Notes under the pieces: generated by a model
Told to the model about the DNA's origin: nothing
Databases searched by the model: none
Seen by the model: the letters and a program-made list of their open reading frames with translations, nothing else
Assembly: GCA_047495785.1 (NCBI GenBank)
Contig: JBLDXI010000054.1
Location: 1-64,000 of the forward strand
From: Lepidodermella squamata
Taxonomy: Eukaryota > Animalia > Gastrotricha
DNA: 64,000 nucleotides
Reading direction: 5' to 3'
Made by a program: the position numbers and the translations under genes
In this document: positions 18,083-30,552 of the stretch, in pieces
How the letters are laid out: each line of letters begins with the position of its first letter
Position numbering within the stretch: the first letter of the stretch is position 1

Positions 18083-18896
18083 CTGGTATCCAACCTTGTT
18101 CCATGCAAATGCGATCGACGGCTCGGCAATTGGCGTCGAAGGTTTTCGTCGATATGTAACCGTAGAACTCCTTCAAGGGAACGTTATATTTGGCTTGGCT
18201 GGGAAATAGGAGTCCTACTGTAATTTAGACATGACTTTCTTCCCCTTCGATAAGCAGACGTGTGATATCGAATTTATTCTGTCGCAAAGCGACAAATTCG
18301 CAAAAATCAGTAGCGCAAAGTTCTTGGCGTTAAAACAAAACAAAACTCCATTTATGAAGGAGAACTCCGGATGGGAGCATGACGTGTCGCAACGATTCGC
18401 ATCGTTTGGCGTTCTAGAATACAACCCATCAACTAATATGTCAATGGCTACTTTCAGCTTCGTATTCAAACGGAAACCTGAATACTATTTGACATACCTT
18501 TTCGGGCCGAGTGTGCTTCTCAGCGTGTTGATTCTGTCGTCATTTCTGATCCCGGCCGAGGTTCCAGATCGGCCTGTTTTCGCTTGTACGGTCATGTTGT
18601 CTATATTTGTTCTTCAAAATAACCTTCAGGCGTACTTGCCAAAAACCCCGAAACCGATGGCTGCCGGAATTTTCAACTTGTCGCAAGCCGTCCTCGCTAC
18701 GCTGTGCATCATATACGAATCCATGATGTGCGGTTTCATCGTTCTGCTTCCAGAAATCTCTGGTAAAAAGTTGCCCGTTCTCGGTAGAACAGTTTCTTTC
18801 TATTTTGTTATCGATGCCATTGTGTTTTTACTGACCTTTATTGCATATTTAACGTCATATGTGGTGATTGGTATCATTTTGTTACAGCTGTTCTAA
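18083..18896 (+). pseudogene. 5'-truncated Cys-loop LGIC gene (subfamily A) disrupted by the Polinton
   Basis: Homology starts at WYPTLFHAN right after ACTACT; in-frame TAG at 18207-18209; Cys-loop and M1-M4 intact downstream. Confidence 0.9.
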
Positions 18897-19199
18897 ATTC
18901 TAAGAAGTTTAAGTCATACGAACGGAAAAAACTCGCCCCATCTTCGCTTGCTGCGTTTAGTACTGTCTTGTGTATAGGATAACTATTTAACCTAGTCTTC
19001 CTGTTTCTGAAACTGCTGATATTATCGGTTGTTGGGGATAGTTTCAGTGTATCCATACGCATTTTTAATTTCTGGCTTCACGGAGACTTTCAAATTATGT
19101 GAGGCAGATAAATATCTTTAAAGCAAAAGTATTTTCGTGTTTCACAGAAGATCCGAAGATGCCCTTTCGGCTAGGGACTACTACTGTATGGACCCGACA

Positions 19200-19819
19200 C
19201 TTTCAAGCAAACTTTCAAGTGTCCTGTAGGACACTGGTGTCCTATGGGCCTCAAAATGACAAAAGGAAAAAAATAGATCCGCACTTAGAAACAAGGTATT
19301 TTTGCACCATTTTTCAGACTCAAATCGAAAAAAAATCGTCAGCTAAAGCTCGCTTCGCTCGCGAGTTGCCTATTTATGAAATAATTCATGAAAACCCCCG
19401 ATGGGACGGTAACCGATGCTTCTCTGAGACGATAAATGATGGAATCAATTTTTGAAACTGACCTATGTCCCTTGTTATTTAAGCACGTTACAGATTGCAC
19501 CTTACGACATGATTAATTGAAATTTCATAATTAACGAGTGCATTTCTTGGAAGGCATTTCCTCATATTTAAGATAGTATACGTCGTTTTTCAGTGTCGAA
19601 TTCTAAAAATTCTAAAAAAAAGTTTATGTTTCACCCGGGATTTTATCAGTTTCGAGCACGGTTGCCATCAAAAACCAATTTGAACTAGCAATAAATTTGT
19701 CGCTCAAAAATTTGCACAAAATCCCAACCAAATTTCAGCCATTTTACCTAGGTGTCCTACGAGCTATTCTCATAGGACACTGCTGTGTCATACGAGACAA
19801 AAAGTTTGGAAACCGCTGG
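19200..19819. mobile_element. Degraded non-autonomous hAT-like DNA transposon
   Basis: 3' end AAAAGTTTGGAAACCGCTG; inverted subterminal GTGTCCTA/TAGGACAC motifs at both ends. Confidence 0.5.
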
Positions 19820-20971
19820 GCTAAACCTGTGTATTAATTCACTCAATAATGGCGATGACTTATCCTAATCTGAACGCAATCTGACCTAGCGGCGATAAAG
19901 GAGCCTCGAGTGATTATTAATGTGATTTATGCCAGTCTCCCTCTACCTCGAATCTCTCGAAGTTTAAATGGCTGCCTCCGGTCTAGCTTTGATCTAATTT
20001 CTACGATCAAAGATCAAAGTAGACGGATCATTTCGCCATTTCTCGATCTACTGATTTCCGACTGGGGATAGTGGTCTTTTTTATCAATTATTCGCAGGAC
20101 GCAGGACACAGGACACAAGTGTGAATAAGTTGTGTGCGTGATGAGAGTGGTGTTACCACCTGGGCTCCGCTAGGTACCCGTCTCTCAGTGCACCATCCAC
20201 CACCTCCTTTCTCCGACCAACATGTAACAACCCAACACAGAGGCCATAACGCAGTCACGGATCATCAGATTGCACAATATTGGAGCTACATTGATGGATG
20301 ACCAGCAAGGCTGCTTGCTGTGCACGCTGGGTGGTCGAACGCCAACTACTCCGTACCACAGTGAGACAAGCAGTTTAGTGCGTTTTTTTTAAGCGATGAG
20401 GTAGTCTGCCGACTAGCACTCACTTCCCTTTGTCCCAGCATCGCCCATTTAACGCAGACGTCGACCGATTCCGATTCCGATTGTGTGCGTGAAAATGCGT
20501 CACCACTGCGTTACACATTGCGGGTAGGAATGCTTCAACTAGCCATTATGAATTATGATTATCAATTAGCCGTGACATGGCTGTGCATATGCTGTAGGTA
20601 CTATAAAAATATTATTATTTACAAAAATAGCTTGATGAATATTATAGTGCTCATCGACCCAGCCCCCTCAGTATAAATTGAATCAAATAAAATTAAACGT
20701 TTTATTGAACAGTTTGCACTAATTTAACAGAGAAAGCTATAAACTAAATTCCACGCTGGAAAACTGAGTGAGATCTTTTAGTGAAAGCTTCTCGCAAACT
20801 ATTATTTGGACGCGGAATTCTTATGAGCCATAGCTATTATTCTCAATAACTAAACGATTTCTTCAGAATCCAAACCTGCTGGCCCAACCTGGACAGTTAG
20901 CTCCTTACAGCCCTTGCAGTGTTCGAGCAGGCTTTCAACGGACTATTATTATGCGGATTTATTTATTGTGA

Positions 20972-22163
20972 ATGACTCTGATTCTGATTATCACACTATT
21001 TTCTACATTAGCTTGCCTGAGAGCCGCGAATGACGACCTATTCGGGAATGCAACCGCTATTATCCTTGAAAGCTGCCACGTTAGCCCAACAATCAACTCC
21101 CCTCAGGAAAAAGAGAGGATCCCGACTCCGCTTACAGTCACCATGCAAGGCGATCGCTTCCTAGGAATAAACGAACCCGATGAGACCTTCTCTTTTGTTG
21201 GCTCGCTCTTCCTAACCTGGATTGTACCTTGTGTTGGACAACTATATGAAAGCCCTATTTGGCCGAAAGATCTGCCCGAAATGACGAGGGAGAACCCGGA
21301 TCACTACTGGGCGCCCGATATCCTCCATAGAAATAGCGTCGAAGACGTTGGTCTAGACAGTAATTCGCTGAGCAAACGGCTCGCCATAATTCTAGCAGCG
21401 AATTTTTTTTGTGACCTACAATTTCGGAACGTTTACCTCATATTGCGACCTGGATTTGTTTAAATTCCCCTTTGACTCACAAACTTGCTACGCCTATTTC
21501 ATCCTTAACCAAAAGTCGAATTTTGTCAACATTGCATACGCAAAATTCGAATCGGTTTCAAAGTATTTTATGCCAGATAACGCGGCTTGGAAACTGGTGG
21601 AATTTAACGCAACTCATCAAGGTGAGCTGATTATTGTTCAAGGCTATGATTATCCATTCACGTCAGCAAAATTTTACATGACCTTCGAAAGAAAACCAGC
21701 ATACGTCATGACAAATCTATTCGCGCCTAGTTTCATACTCAGCTTATTGGAATTATCGTCTTTTTTAGTTCCTGGCGATATGCCTGATCGGCCAACTTTT
21801 GCCTGTACCGTTATGCTGTCGATTTTCGTGCTTCAGAGCCAGATAATGGCGAATCTACCGAAAACACCAAAGCCCATCTTTTCTTCTTATTACGTTCTGG
21901 CTCAGTCCGGGTTTGCAATGTTATGCGCCATCTATGCCGCGGCAATGTGTTCATTTCACTCGTTTTATCCGGATTTGGCCAGCAGCAAAATGAGTCTGTT
22001 TAAAAGTTGTCGATTGTCGACCTTTATTGATTTAGTTGCATTTCATATTGCTGCAGTACTTTTGGTTATTCTCAATCTATCAGCAGCTGCTATTTTTGTG
22101 CGATTGAATGGGGATGAGAAATATTTCAGTGACATGTGGCATCTGAACTTTGAAAGTTGCTGA
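20972..22163 (+). pseudogene. Cys-loop LGIC subunit with a single frameshift in a T8 run (pseudogene or homopolymer error)
   Basis: ORFs 20972-21463 and 21411-22163 join into a full subunit if one T is removed at 21403-21410. Confidence 0.8.
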
Positions 22164-22341
22164 ATGATGGGAGAGATGAAAAATGAAACTTACGTGACCA
22201 ATTTTATTGTCACTTTTAATCTGTAGAATTGCTTAAAGTTCGAGTCTTTCATTCTGGCTTCGAATGAATACCGAGCGGGAAAAATCTTCCCCACTTTATA
22301 AGTTATAAGGTAATCAAATTAGCACGCAATTTGAGGTAGTT

Positions 22342-23011
22342 CTAGTTGCTAGCTGAATCATAAAACAGCTCCACTGTTTCATCCGAGTCTTTTGCCTTGG
22401 CATAATCTCTAGCCGTCTTGCCACTTGCATCTTTCGCGCGAACCTCGGCCTTGAAATGATCTGTAAGCATTTTCATTATTCCAACTTTTTCACCGATAGC
22501 AGCGTAATGCAATGGTGTTCGGCCATGCTTGTCGCGAGCTTCGACATTGACATTGAATTTCCCTGCCAGCAAATCAACTACTTGAGCGTGGCCATACTCA
22601 GCAGCATAGTGCAACGGCGTCCTTCCATCAATATCCTCAACTTCCGCATTAGCCTCCAATTTTCCAGCAAGAAAATCGACCATATCAGAATTGCCGTCTA
22701 TTGCAGCTTTGTGCAAAGCTCTTATGCCGTTCTGATCTGCAGCATTGACGTTAGCACCGAATTCTTTCACTAGAAATACCATAGCTTCTGTTTGACCAGC
22801 CCTCGCAGCAAAATGAAATGCCGTTTCGTTATTAGAGTTTCGATAATCGACAATTGAGTGCCTCATCCTCAAGAAGCATCCTCATTCTATAGATATCGCT
22901 CCGTGCAGCACATTCGAAGAGTTCCTTGGTTTCAAGACTATGACTTGAGAAAATAGAACAGAATAAATGAACAAATGAACCTACGTTCTGGTAATCATTC
23001 TTATTGTTCAT
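22342..23011 (-). CDS. Ankyrin-repeat protein, apparent frameshift near 22860
   Basis: TAFHFAA, ALHKAA and two GRTPLHYAA repeats; an upstream ankyrin-like cap ELFECAARSD..MLL lies in another frame from ATG 23011. Confidence 0.75.
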
Positions 23012-23847
23012 AAGACATAAGGCGTATGATGTATCAGTGTAATTTATCTACTATTTTATGAACTATTCCATTCATGATTAGGGAACTATAATATCACTCG
23101 GATTGTTGCGTTGAAATTACTAATTGTATTAAAATCAAACGATTCAGTGTTTGTATTTCATTACCTAAACCCTAAACTTACAAAATATGTGTGTGCGTGC
23201 TTTTTTTTATTAGATTTTATTCATCGTAATGCGTATAAAAATTTGTACTTGGAGGCTCATGCTAATAAATAATTCAAGTCTTATACGTACGGCATATGGA
23301 TTATTCATGAATCCTACGAAGCCTACGCAGCGAATTCTTTCAAGTTGATGCGACATGCGACATGAGGAAAATGCTGCAATTTCATTCAGTGCGTGCTAGT
23401 TCTGTAAAGAAATGAAGTGAGCAAGTTGCGTTTTAAATTGCTTATACCTTCCGTGATTTGGGAACTTTTAAAGCTCATACATCAACCCGTTTTTCTGCTC
23501 CCGGCTCGCCACTCGCCACAAACTTCATCTTGGGGAGAACATTTCGTGGGGATATCTTGAAATAGGACCAGGTTGTATAAATATCAAGATCTGGAACAAC
23601 GCACCCTGAAGTTCTTAACATTTCCAATTTCATGGTAAGTTTCCCCCTTAGCGAAAGTTATCCGGATCATAGCGGAAAATATGCCGTAAAACAGCCCGAG
23701 ATATGTTCTGATATCCCGGGCTGTTTGAGCCAGGATATCACGCTATCCTACCAAGGACCTACCAAGGACACTGGATCTCCCTAGAAGGCAAGAAGGAAAA
23801 GGTCCAGATTTTTATTTACTTCTTCAACATAATAACTGATAAGCAGG

Positions 23848-24978
23848 CTAACGAAGAAGCAAAGTGAAAACGACGGCGTAAAACAAAGTTATGCAAGCGA
23901 AATGAGTGAAAAAAGATAGCAAGTCTACAAATATGAATAAACGACCCTCGCGACCAAACCATCGAACTTTCCGCTCCGCTTGTTCGGGCCAAAGAGTTGT
24001 AAATCCACACATTACAGCTGAATACATTGCAACGATAGCTGAGAAGACAACGACTCCCACCAAGTAAAACTCGGCAACCATTGGCCTTGGGCTAGCTGGG
24101 ACTGATGCTCCGAATTGACTCTGCATCACCATGATTGACAGCATTACAGAACACGCGAAAGCTGGCCGGTCCGGTTCAGTCGCTGGAATAGCGAAAGATG
24201 CGAAGACGAGGCCGTTCAAAATCACACTAGGCGCGAAAAGCGAGATGATAATGAACTGCGGTTTTCGCTTCAAAATGATGGATATTCTCGCCTCCGTGAA
24301 CCTATCCGGGCCAATCATGATGCCATCGAGATGCGTTTCATTGCTCACGATTTCCCAGTTTGAATTCGACGGCATACCGTTGCTCTGGAATCTCTGGTAA
24401 ATTGCTTCGTTGATATTCATATGCCGTTGAGGCAGCCGGCTTGATATGATCAAAGAGCAGGTTTGAGCGTCGAACGGGAATCGAAGCAGTTCCAGATCAC
24501 AAGTTGTCGTAAACCTGCCGTGGTAACTGCCTAAAAAGCGACCCTCAGATGGCCACATAACCATGCTTCTAAACGTTTCTTCAGCCGCGTCAAGGGCCGT
24601 TTGCCCATACGAGTTTCGCAAAGTCAGTGGCGGGAACCAAATGCTGTCTGTTGGGACTTCATACATTTCTCGGTAGAAATATTCTGGCCAGTGGTTGGAG
24701 GCGTTGTTGACGTAATCCTTGACGCATTTAACTTCCCAAAAGAGATGTATTGCGCCGTTAAACGAAAACGTCTCAGCTACGTCGTTGATGCCGAGGAAGC
24801 GGTCCAAGCCAACAGTGACTGACAGATTTGTTGTTAATTTAGTAATTTCATTCGGTGAATTCGCCGATGCGTGAATGTGGCAGTTTTGCTGCAGAAGCTC
24901 CAAGGCTGGGAAATAGTTTTCGTTCAGGGCGACCACGCCTGCTATGAACCAGCAAAAAAGGATGAATCTTGAAGCCAT
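23848..24978 (-). CDS. Cys-loop LGIC subunit, intronless (subfamily C)
   Basis: Signal peptide, CDLELLRFPFDAQTC, four TM helices, PDRPAF M2. Confidence 0.92.
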   Translation of the reverse strand: MASRFILFCWFIAGVVALNENYFPALELLQQNCHIHASANSPNEITKLTTNLSVTVGLDRFLGINDVAETFSFNGAIHLFWEVKCVKDYVNNASNHWPEYFYREMYEVPTDSIWFPPLTLRNSYGQTALDAAEETFRSMVMWPSEGRFLGSYHGRFTTTCDLELLRFPFDAQTCSLIISSRLPQRHMNINEAIYQRFQSNGMPSNSNWEIVSNETHLDGIMIGPDRFTEARISIILKRKPQFIIISLFAPSVILNGLVFASFAIPATEPDRPAFACSVMLSIMVMQSQFGASVPASPRPMVAEFYLVGVVVFSAIVAMYSAVMCGFTTLWPEQAERKVRWFGREGRLFIFVDLLSFFTHFACITLFYAVVFTLLLR

Positions 24979-25171
24979 GTTTGACAACGAATCGGGCGAA
25001 TGGAAGATGTCATTTCCTTGCAAGAAATTTAAAGCAAACACTGCTTGATAGAACAGACTTAATTAATTTTCACATTCTTTTTTTGTTTACTAACCGAGCA
25101 TTTTCAATCGATTTCGATATCATCTTGCACGTACGTGATCATACTCATCATAAAGCGCTCCGGGACTCAGG

Positions 25172-25240
25172 ACTAAGGCGAATTAGCAAGTTAGGGTTCC
25201 GCGTTCTCACCGCGACGGCCCGGTTTCGATTCCCGGAACT
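25172..25240 (+). pseudogene. Degenerate tRNA-Glu(CTC) copy or tRNA-derived SINE head
   Basis: GTTAGGGTTCCGCGTTCTCACCGCGACGGCCCGGTTTCGATTCCCGG (25190-25236) matches the tRNA-Glu anticodon and T arms; acceptor stem lost. Confidence 0.65.
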
Positions 25241-25867
25241 AAACTATTTCTAACATGAAGTTTCGGATTCTTTTGTTGTTACGCAGCTTGAAAAAGTAAT
25301 CTTACTGAAATAAATGATTCCCACATGCCCATAGGTAAACGGAATTTCGGCTCGCTTGGCGCAGCTCGTGGTTCTAGATCGGGGGAAATTGTATTTCATT
25401 ATGGAAGACACTTGGCAGATGTTTTTCCCAAGTTTGGTTCTTGAACAGTGTAACAGCGTAAGAAATGTATGTGCTCCATTTTTAATTTGCTCAATTCAAG
25501 GATGAAATCAGCAATACATTTTACAATACAATAGAATGGTATAATTTCAATACCTTCGAGCTTTCTTGACGGAGCACGTCCAGCATACCTTGTGCATAGT
25601 GCCAAGTACAGCAAATTATCGTGCACTCGGATGATGCGATGCGGAAATTGAATCATACCTGTTTTGCGCCTCTGACATTTTTCGTAAATGAAAAAACCAT
25701 TCTATCAACCAATAATTCAATACAAAATCGCAGAGGACGAAACTGACGATGAATCTGAGAGGAAATTGCATTCGAAAGCATTGAGATTGACGAACTATAA
25801 TAAAAAAATATAAAAATATCTGGCTAACTCTTTTCGTCCACTTTCCAATAGTTTATATGTCATCATC

Positions 25868-27049
25868 ATGGCTAGTTCGATACTCCAAGCAATTCTGATC
25901 ATTTACATGTCGCAGAATGCCTCGGCGAAACCAGCCGATAATGACAGTATTTGGACGTTCAACCCAACATCAACGATTCTAAGCAACTGTAGGATAGGAC
26001 CGACAGTCAATTCTCCGACTGAATTAGAAGGAGAGCCCACTCTGGTTAAGCTAGCGCTACAGCCAAAACTATTAGCAGAAATTGACGATGTTTCTGAAAC
26101 TTTCACTATTTACGCTAGACTCTTCATCATCTATGAATCAAAATGCATCGCCGACCTCTACCGAAACAAATCGCGTAATGGTAGCGTCGAATGGCCGCCC
26201 GCCATCAGATACTTGTCAAAAGAAGACCCGAGCCAGTACTGGTACCCGAACTTGTCTCATGAAAATTCAATCGCCAGCCCAGAGATGGTCGAAAGTTTGT
26301 ACAGCAGAGTAGGTATCGACTTTGTTAGAGGCAGCGTTACAATTACCCTGACGGGGAAATTCGCATCAAACTGCAATTTAGACATGACGTACTTCCCTTA
26401 CGATAAGCAGACGTGCAGTATTGAAATTGCTATTTTGCAAAGCGACATTTACACGAAAATCAGTGAAGCATGGTTCTTTTCATACAAATATTACGATCCT
26501 CCCTTTCTGAAGGAGAACTCCGGATGGGAGCATGACATTTCGCAACGATCTGCCACATTCGGCGTTCTTAGGATCATGCCTTCAGCTAATTATTCAAGAG
26601 CTACTTTCAGCTTCGGATTCAAACGGAAACCTGCATATTTTATGACATATCTTTTCGGGCCCAGTCTGCTTTTAGCAGTATTGATTTTGTCGTCGTTTCT
26701 CATCCCGGCAGAGGTTTCAGATCGACCGGTTTTCGCATGCACAGTTATGCTGACTATTTTTGTCCTGCAAGAGAATCTGCAAGCTTATTTGCCGAAAACG
26801 CCAAAGCCAATGGTCGCAGGATTCTTCAGCTTGTCACAAGCTATTCTCGCAACGCTGTGTATCATATACGAATCCATGATGTGTGGATTCATCGCTTCAT
26901 TTCCCGACATTGCGGGCAGAAAGTTTTCGATTTTTGGCAGAGCAGTTTCTTGCTATTTTGCTGTTGACGCATTCGTCTTTTCACTCGCATTCATTGCGTA
27001 TTTAGCGTCATATGGGCTGATTGTTATCATACTGTTGCATCTGTTATAA
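25868..27049 (+). CDS. Cys-loop LGIC subunit, intronless (subfamily A)
   Basis: CNLDMTYFPYDKQTC, four TM helices, SDRPVF M2. Confidence 0.93.
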   Translation: MASSILQAILIIYMSQNASAKPADNDSIWTFNPTSTILSNCRIGPTVNSPTELEGEPTLVKLALQPKLLAEIDDVSETFTIYARLFIIYESKCIADLYRNKSRNGSVEWPPAIRYLSKEDPSQYWYPNLSHENSIASPEMVESLYSRVGIDFVRGSVTITLTGKFASNCNLDMTYFPYDKQTCSIEIAILQSDIYTKISEAWFFSYKYYDPPFLKENSGWEHDISQRSATFGVLRIMPSANYSRATFSFGFKRKPAYFMTYLFGPSLLLAVLILSSFLIPAEVSDRPVFACTVMLTIFVLQENLQAYLPKTPKPMVAGFFSLSQAILATLCIIYESMMCGFIASFPDIAGRKFSIFGRAVSCYFAVDAFVFSLAFIAYLASYGLIVIILLHLL

Positions 27050-27456
27050 ATACTCGCCTATTAACGCTACAATGTTATGTAATACGAACATGAAACGCTT
27101 GTTTCCTTTGTGCTTTTTGCCGTTGAATGTGTGTAATGTGTATGAAAACTAAATTCTTAACGCTCTGTAGCTCTAAAACTGAACCAGCTTGTTATGTTTC
27201 TGAAACTATACGAAATGACTTTACTATTTCTGTGGATTTCCTTGAAGTTTTAGCTCATGGACGTGAAGTTTTTCCTCCATCCTTCATCCTCGGCGCATAC
27301 ATCGTGGCTTGTGATTCATCTTTTCCGAATTTCTACCTGAGATGCGATTAAAAGGCATTTTCAGACTCTATAGCCAGCATTTTTTAATGGCTCAATTTCC
27401 TTAGTTTAAACGTTTGAACACTCATTGGCACAATTAAACAGGCGAAAAGGAAATAT

Positions 27457-28306
27457 GTTCCCGATTCCCCGAAACATTTTCCCCGAAATTGCTGGGCGCC
27501 CGAAATATATTTCCCCGAAATTTTACGAAAACGCGAGCTCTATTTTCAACAAGTTCATAATCAATGAGCAAAATATTCATATCACAATCCGGCGCTAATG
27601 TCCGAGAGATGCAGGCTAATGCTCTTTAAAAACTCGATGAGAAGAGTAGTTATGCGACGGGCTGAACGTTCTAATGGCGCCAGGCCTTGTCCGTCGATAG
27701 GTCGATTCTCTGACAGATACCAATGTTCTAGCAAATTTATTGCCGCATTGACGGTTTTATTCTTTTTGATTGTTCTTTTTAATTATTTTGGCCGCCCGAA
27801 AGTTGCACCAGTTTCGCCTCGACGCCTCGATTTTCGTCGAGGATCAAGTCGATGAACTGCCAAACGTTTGGATGCGCCGCAACCAACTTTTTGTTCATCG
27901 CACTGTGCCATCCTAAACTGATTAATTTAACGACGAAAAACAAGAAAAACAAGAAACGATTAAGCTAACCTTCTTCGACATTGTTTGTTCGTATTTCTTT
28001 GGCGTGAACGTTCCACTCACAAGGAGGAAATAGCCCTTTCCCACATTGAATTTAAATACGTGCAGAATTGCTTCATAGCTTGAATTGCAGGAGCTTTTTC
28101 GGTGGGATGATGAATGGCGCTCTGCACATCTACAGCGAGTAGAAAGGCTGGGGCTAGACGTAACTCTAGACGCAGCTCCGCGTCACGTTAGTTGCCACTC
28201 AACTCGGCTTTGGATAGTATTTAAGGACACCCAAATCACCCAGTTTTCGAATTATGGCTTGGCTACTACAACTTCGTTTCGGGGAAGTTATTTCGGGGAA
28301 CCGGTC
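27457..28306. mobile_element. Putative non-autonomous DNA transposon with inverted subterminal repeats
   Basis: TTCCCCGAAA repeats at the left and TTTCGGGGAA repeats at the right. Confidence 0.45.
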
Positions 28307-28681
28307 ATAAATCCATGGGAGAACTGAGACTCTTTGGCGAGCATAGATAAACTCGATCATAATCGGATTTTTTTATGGATTCAGAGTTTTTAATAGATAT
28401 AGATTCGCGTTAGAGTTTAGCGATTGAATATTAGATTAGTAAAGTCGACAAGCGTATAGGGTATAGGGTCCATAGGTCGCGTGATTTTTATTTTCACACA
28501 ACAGGGCTAGATCGTGAGTGTCATATCTTCAGTATATTTTTATCTATGAAATTTCGCAATTGTGCTAGCTTTGTATGGGCGCTTCGTGATGAATCGAGGA
28601 GGAAATTGCATTCGACAATCAATATCAGAGAAATTGTCATCTGCAACATTTCTTCCAATAGTTCCCATATCACCAGTGCTC

Positions 28682-29854
28682 ATGGCTATTTCGATTATTC
28701 AAGCATATCTCATCATAGCCATGTGGCGAACTGCCTTGGCTGTACCAGCCAACAATGACAGCATTTGGATGTTCAATCCAACTTCAACGATTCTCAGCAA
28801 CTGTAGGATAGGACCGACAGCCAATTCGCCGACTGAATTAGAAGGAGAGCCCACCTCAATCGATTTATCGCTAAAACCAACACTCTTAGATAATATTGAT
28901 GATGTGTCCGAAACTTTCACCATTTCTGCTTCAATCTACATGGCCTATAAATCAAAATGCATTGCCGACCTCTACCAAAACAAATCGCGTATTGGGAACA
29001 TCGAATGGCCGAAAAACATATCTCTCCTAACAAGGGAAGATCCGAACCAGTACTGGTGTCCAAGCTTGTTACATGAAAATTCGGTCGGCAGCACAGCGAT
29101 GGTCGAAGGTTTTTTTCGATTTGCAATTATAAACGTCACGTTGGGAAGTGTTACATATGGCTTGACGGGTAAATTAGCGTCCTACTGCAATTTGGACATG
29201 ACCTACTTCCCTTTCGATAAGCAGACGTGTAAAATCGAATTTACTCTAGCGCAAGGCGATATATTCTCAAAAATCAAAGTCGCACGGTACAAAGATTCCT
29301 TTACTCAGTTTATGAAAGAAAACTCCGGATGGGAGCATGACATTTCGCAACGATCCGTGACATTTGGCGTTCAACTATTCGAGCCAATCACAAATTTTTC
29401 AAAGGCTTCTTACACCTTCGTGTTCAAACGGAAACCTGAATACTATTTGACATATCTTTTCGGACCAAGTGTGCTTCTCTGCGTGTTGATTCTATCTTCA
29501 TTTCTTATCCCAGCCGAGATCCCAGACCGGCCCGTTTTCGCTTGTACAGTTATGTTGGCTATATTTGTTCTTCAAGAAAACCTACAGTCTAGCCTGCCGA
29601 AAACCCCAAAGCCGATGGCTGCCGGAATTTTCAACCTGTCGCAGGCCATTCTCGCAACTCTGTGCATCATTTACGAATCCATGATGTGTGGTTTCATCGC
29701 TTTATTCCACGGCGTTGCAGAGCGAAAGTTCACGATTTTAGGTAGAACGGTTTCTTGCTATATTATTGTCGATGTCATAGTCGTCTTACTCACCATTATG
29801 GCTTATTTAGCGTCATATGTGGCGATTGCTATCTTCCTGTTGCAGCTGTTCTGA
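28682..29854 (+). CDS. Cys-loop LGIC subunit, intronless (subfamily A)
   Basis: ATG 28682 signal peptide; CNLDMTYFPFDKQTC; four TM helices. Confidence 0.93.
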   Translation: MAISIIQAYLIIAMWRTALAVPANNDSIWMFNPTSTILSNCRIGPTANSPTELEGEPTSIDLSLKPTLLDNIDDVSETFTISASIYMAYKSKCIADLYQNKSRIGNIEWPKNISLLTREDPNQYWCPSLLHENSVGSTAMVEGFFRFAIINVTLGSVTYGLTGKLASYCNLDMTYFPFDKQTCKIEFTLAQGDIFSKIKVARYKDSFTQFMKENSGWEHDISQRSVTFGVQLFEPITNFSKASYTFVFKRKPEYYLTYLFGPSVLLCVLILSSFLIPAEIPDRPVFACTVMLAIFVLQENLQSSLPKTPKPMAAGIFNLSQAILATLCIIYESMMCGFIALFHGVAERKFTILGRTVSCYIIVDVIVVLLTIMAYLASYVAIAIFLLQLF

Positions 29855-29974
29855 ATGCGCTAAACTTTTAAATCTTATACGAGCGTTATACGAATTTTGC
29901 CGCTTTTCGTTTGTTGTCTTGTGTTGTCTCGGTGCGTATGTATTATGTATACCGTAAACGTTAGCAAACCTTTG

Positions 29975-30295
29975 CAGCCAGGAAAGTGTAGTTTCGCGGA
30001 ATCAAATTTGCATGTTGCGGAACCTAATTTTAGGCAAGCAAAAGGTCGATTTTTGAATATTTCTACGAAATAAAGGTAATGAATTCTATAGTCTATAGTG
30101 TGTTCTATAGTGCGTCTTATACTGAATTTAATGATGATTTAGTTCAAATTAGGCTGTTTAATCATGACAACCTTGAAAGCTTCGAAAAGTGACTTTTAGC
30201 CCATTGAAAATTCCGAAATTTGGTTCCGCTAACAGGCAAATTTGGTTACACTACAGTCAAATTTGGTTCCGCTAAAATTAGGACCCTTTCACTAC
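29975..30295. mobile_element. MITE-like element
   Basis: GCGGAA(T/C)C(A/T)AATTT twice at the left and AAATTTGGTT(C/A)C(G/A)C three times at the right, in inverted orientation. Confidence 0.5.
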
Positions 30296-30552
30296 CATTA
30301 ATCAATTAATCCACAGTATCACTGAAGTATCTGTATTTGCTGCGATTATAGCGCTGACGTGAAACTGACGATTTTCATTTCGAGCATTCACCTTATCTCG
30401 AGACCGGATAGCTATTGTTCTAAACTGTTCATTCGGGATTGTTTATTTTCGGTTCGCTCTTATTCGCTCTTTCAGCTATATTAGCTATATACTAGCGATT
30501 TTACTAGCGATATTGTTTTTAGGGCTCTTAATAAAATATAGAATTTACCATT

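Noticed and set aside
20095-20400. Possible minus-strand SINE with GGACACA-type tail repeats
   Set aside because: No clear A/B boxes or second copy in the window, so it cannot be supported.
21403-21410. Programmed frameshift in a receptor gene
   Set aside because: Paralogs are continuous here; a homopolymer indel or sequencing error is simpler.
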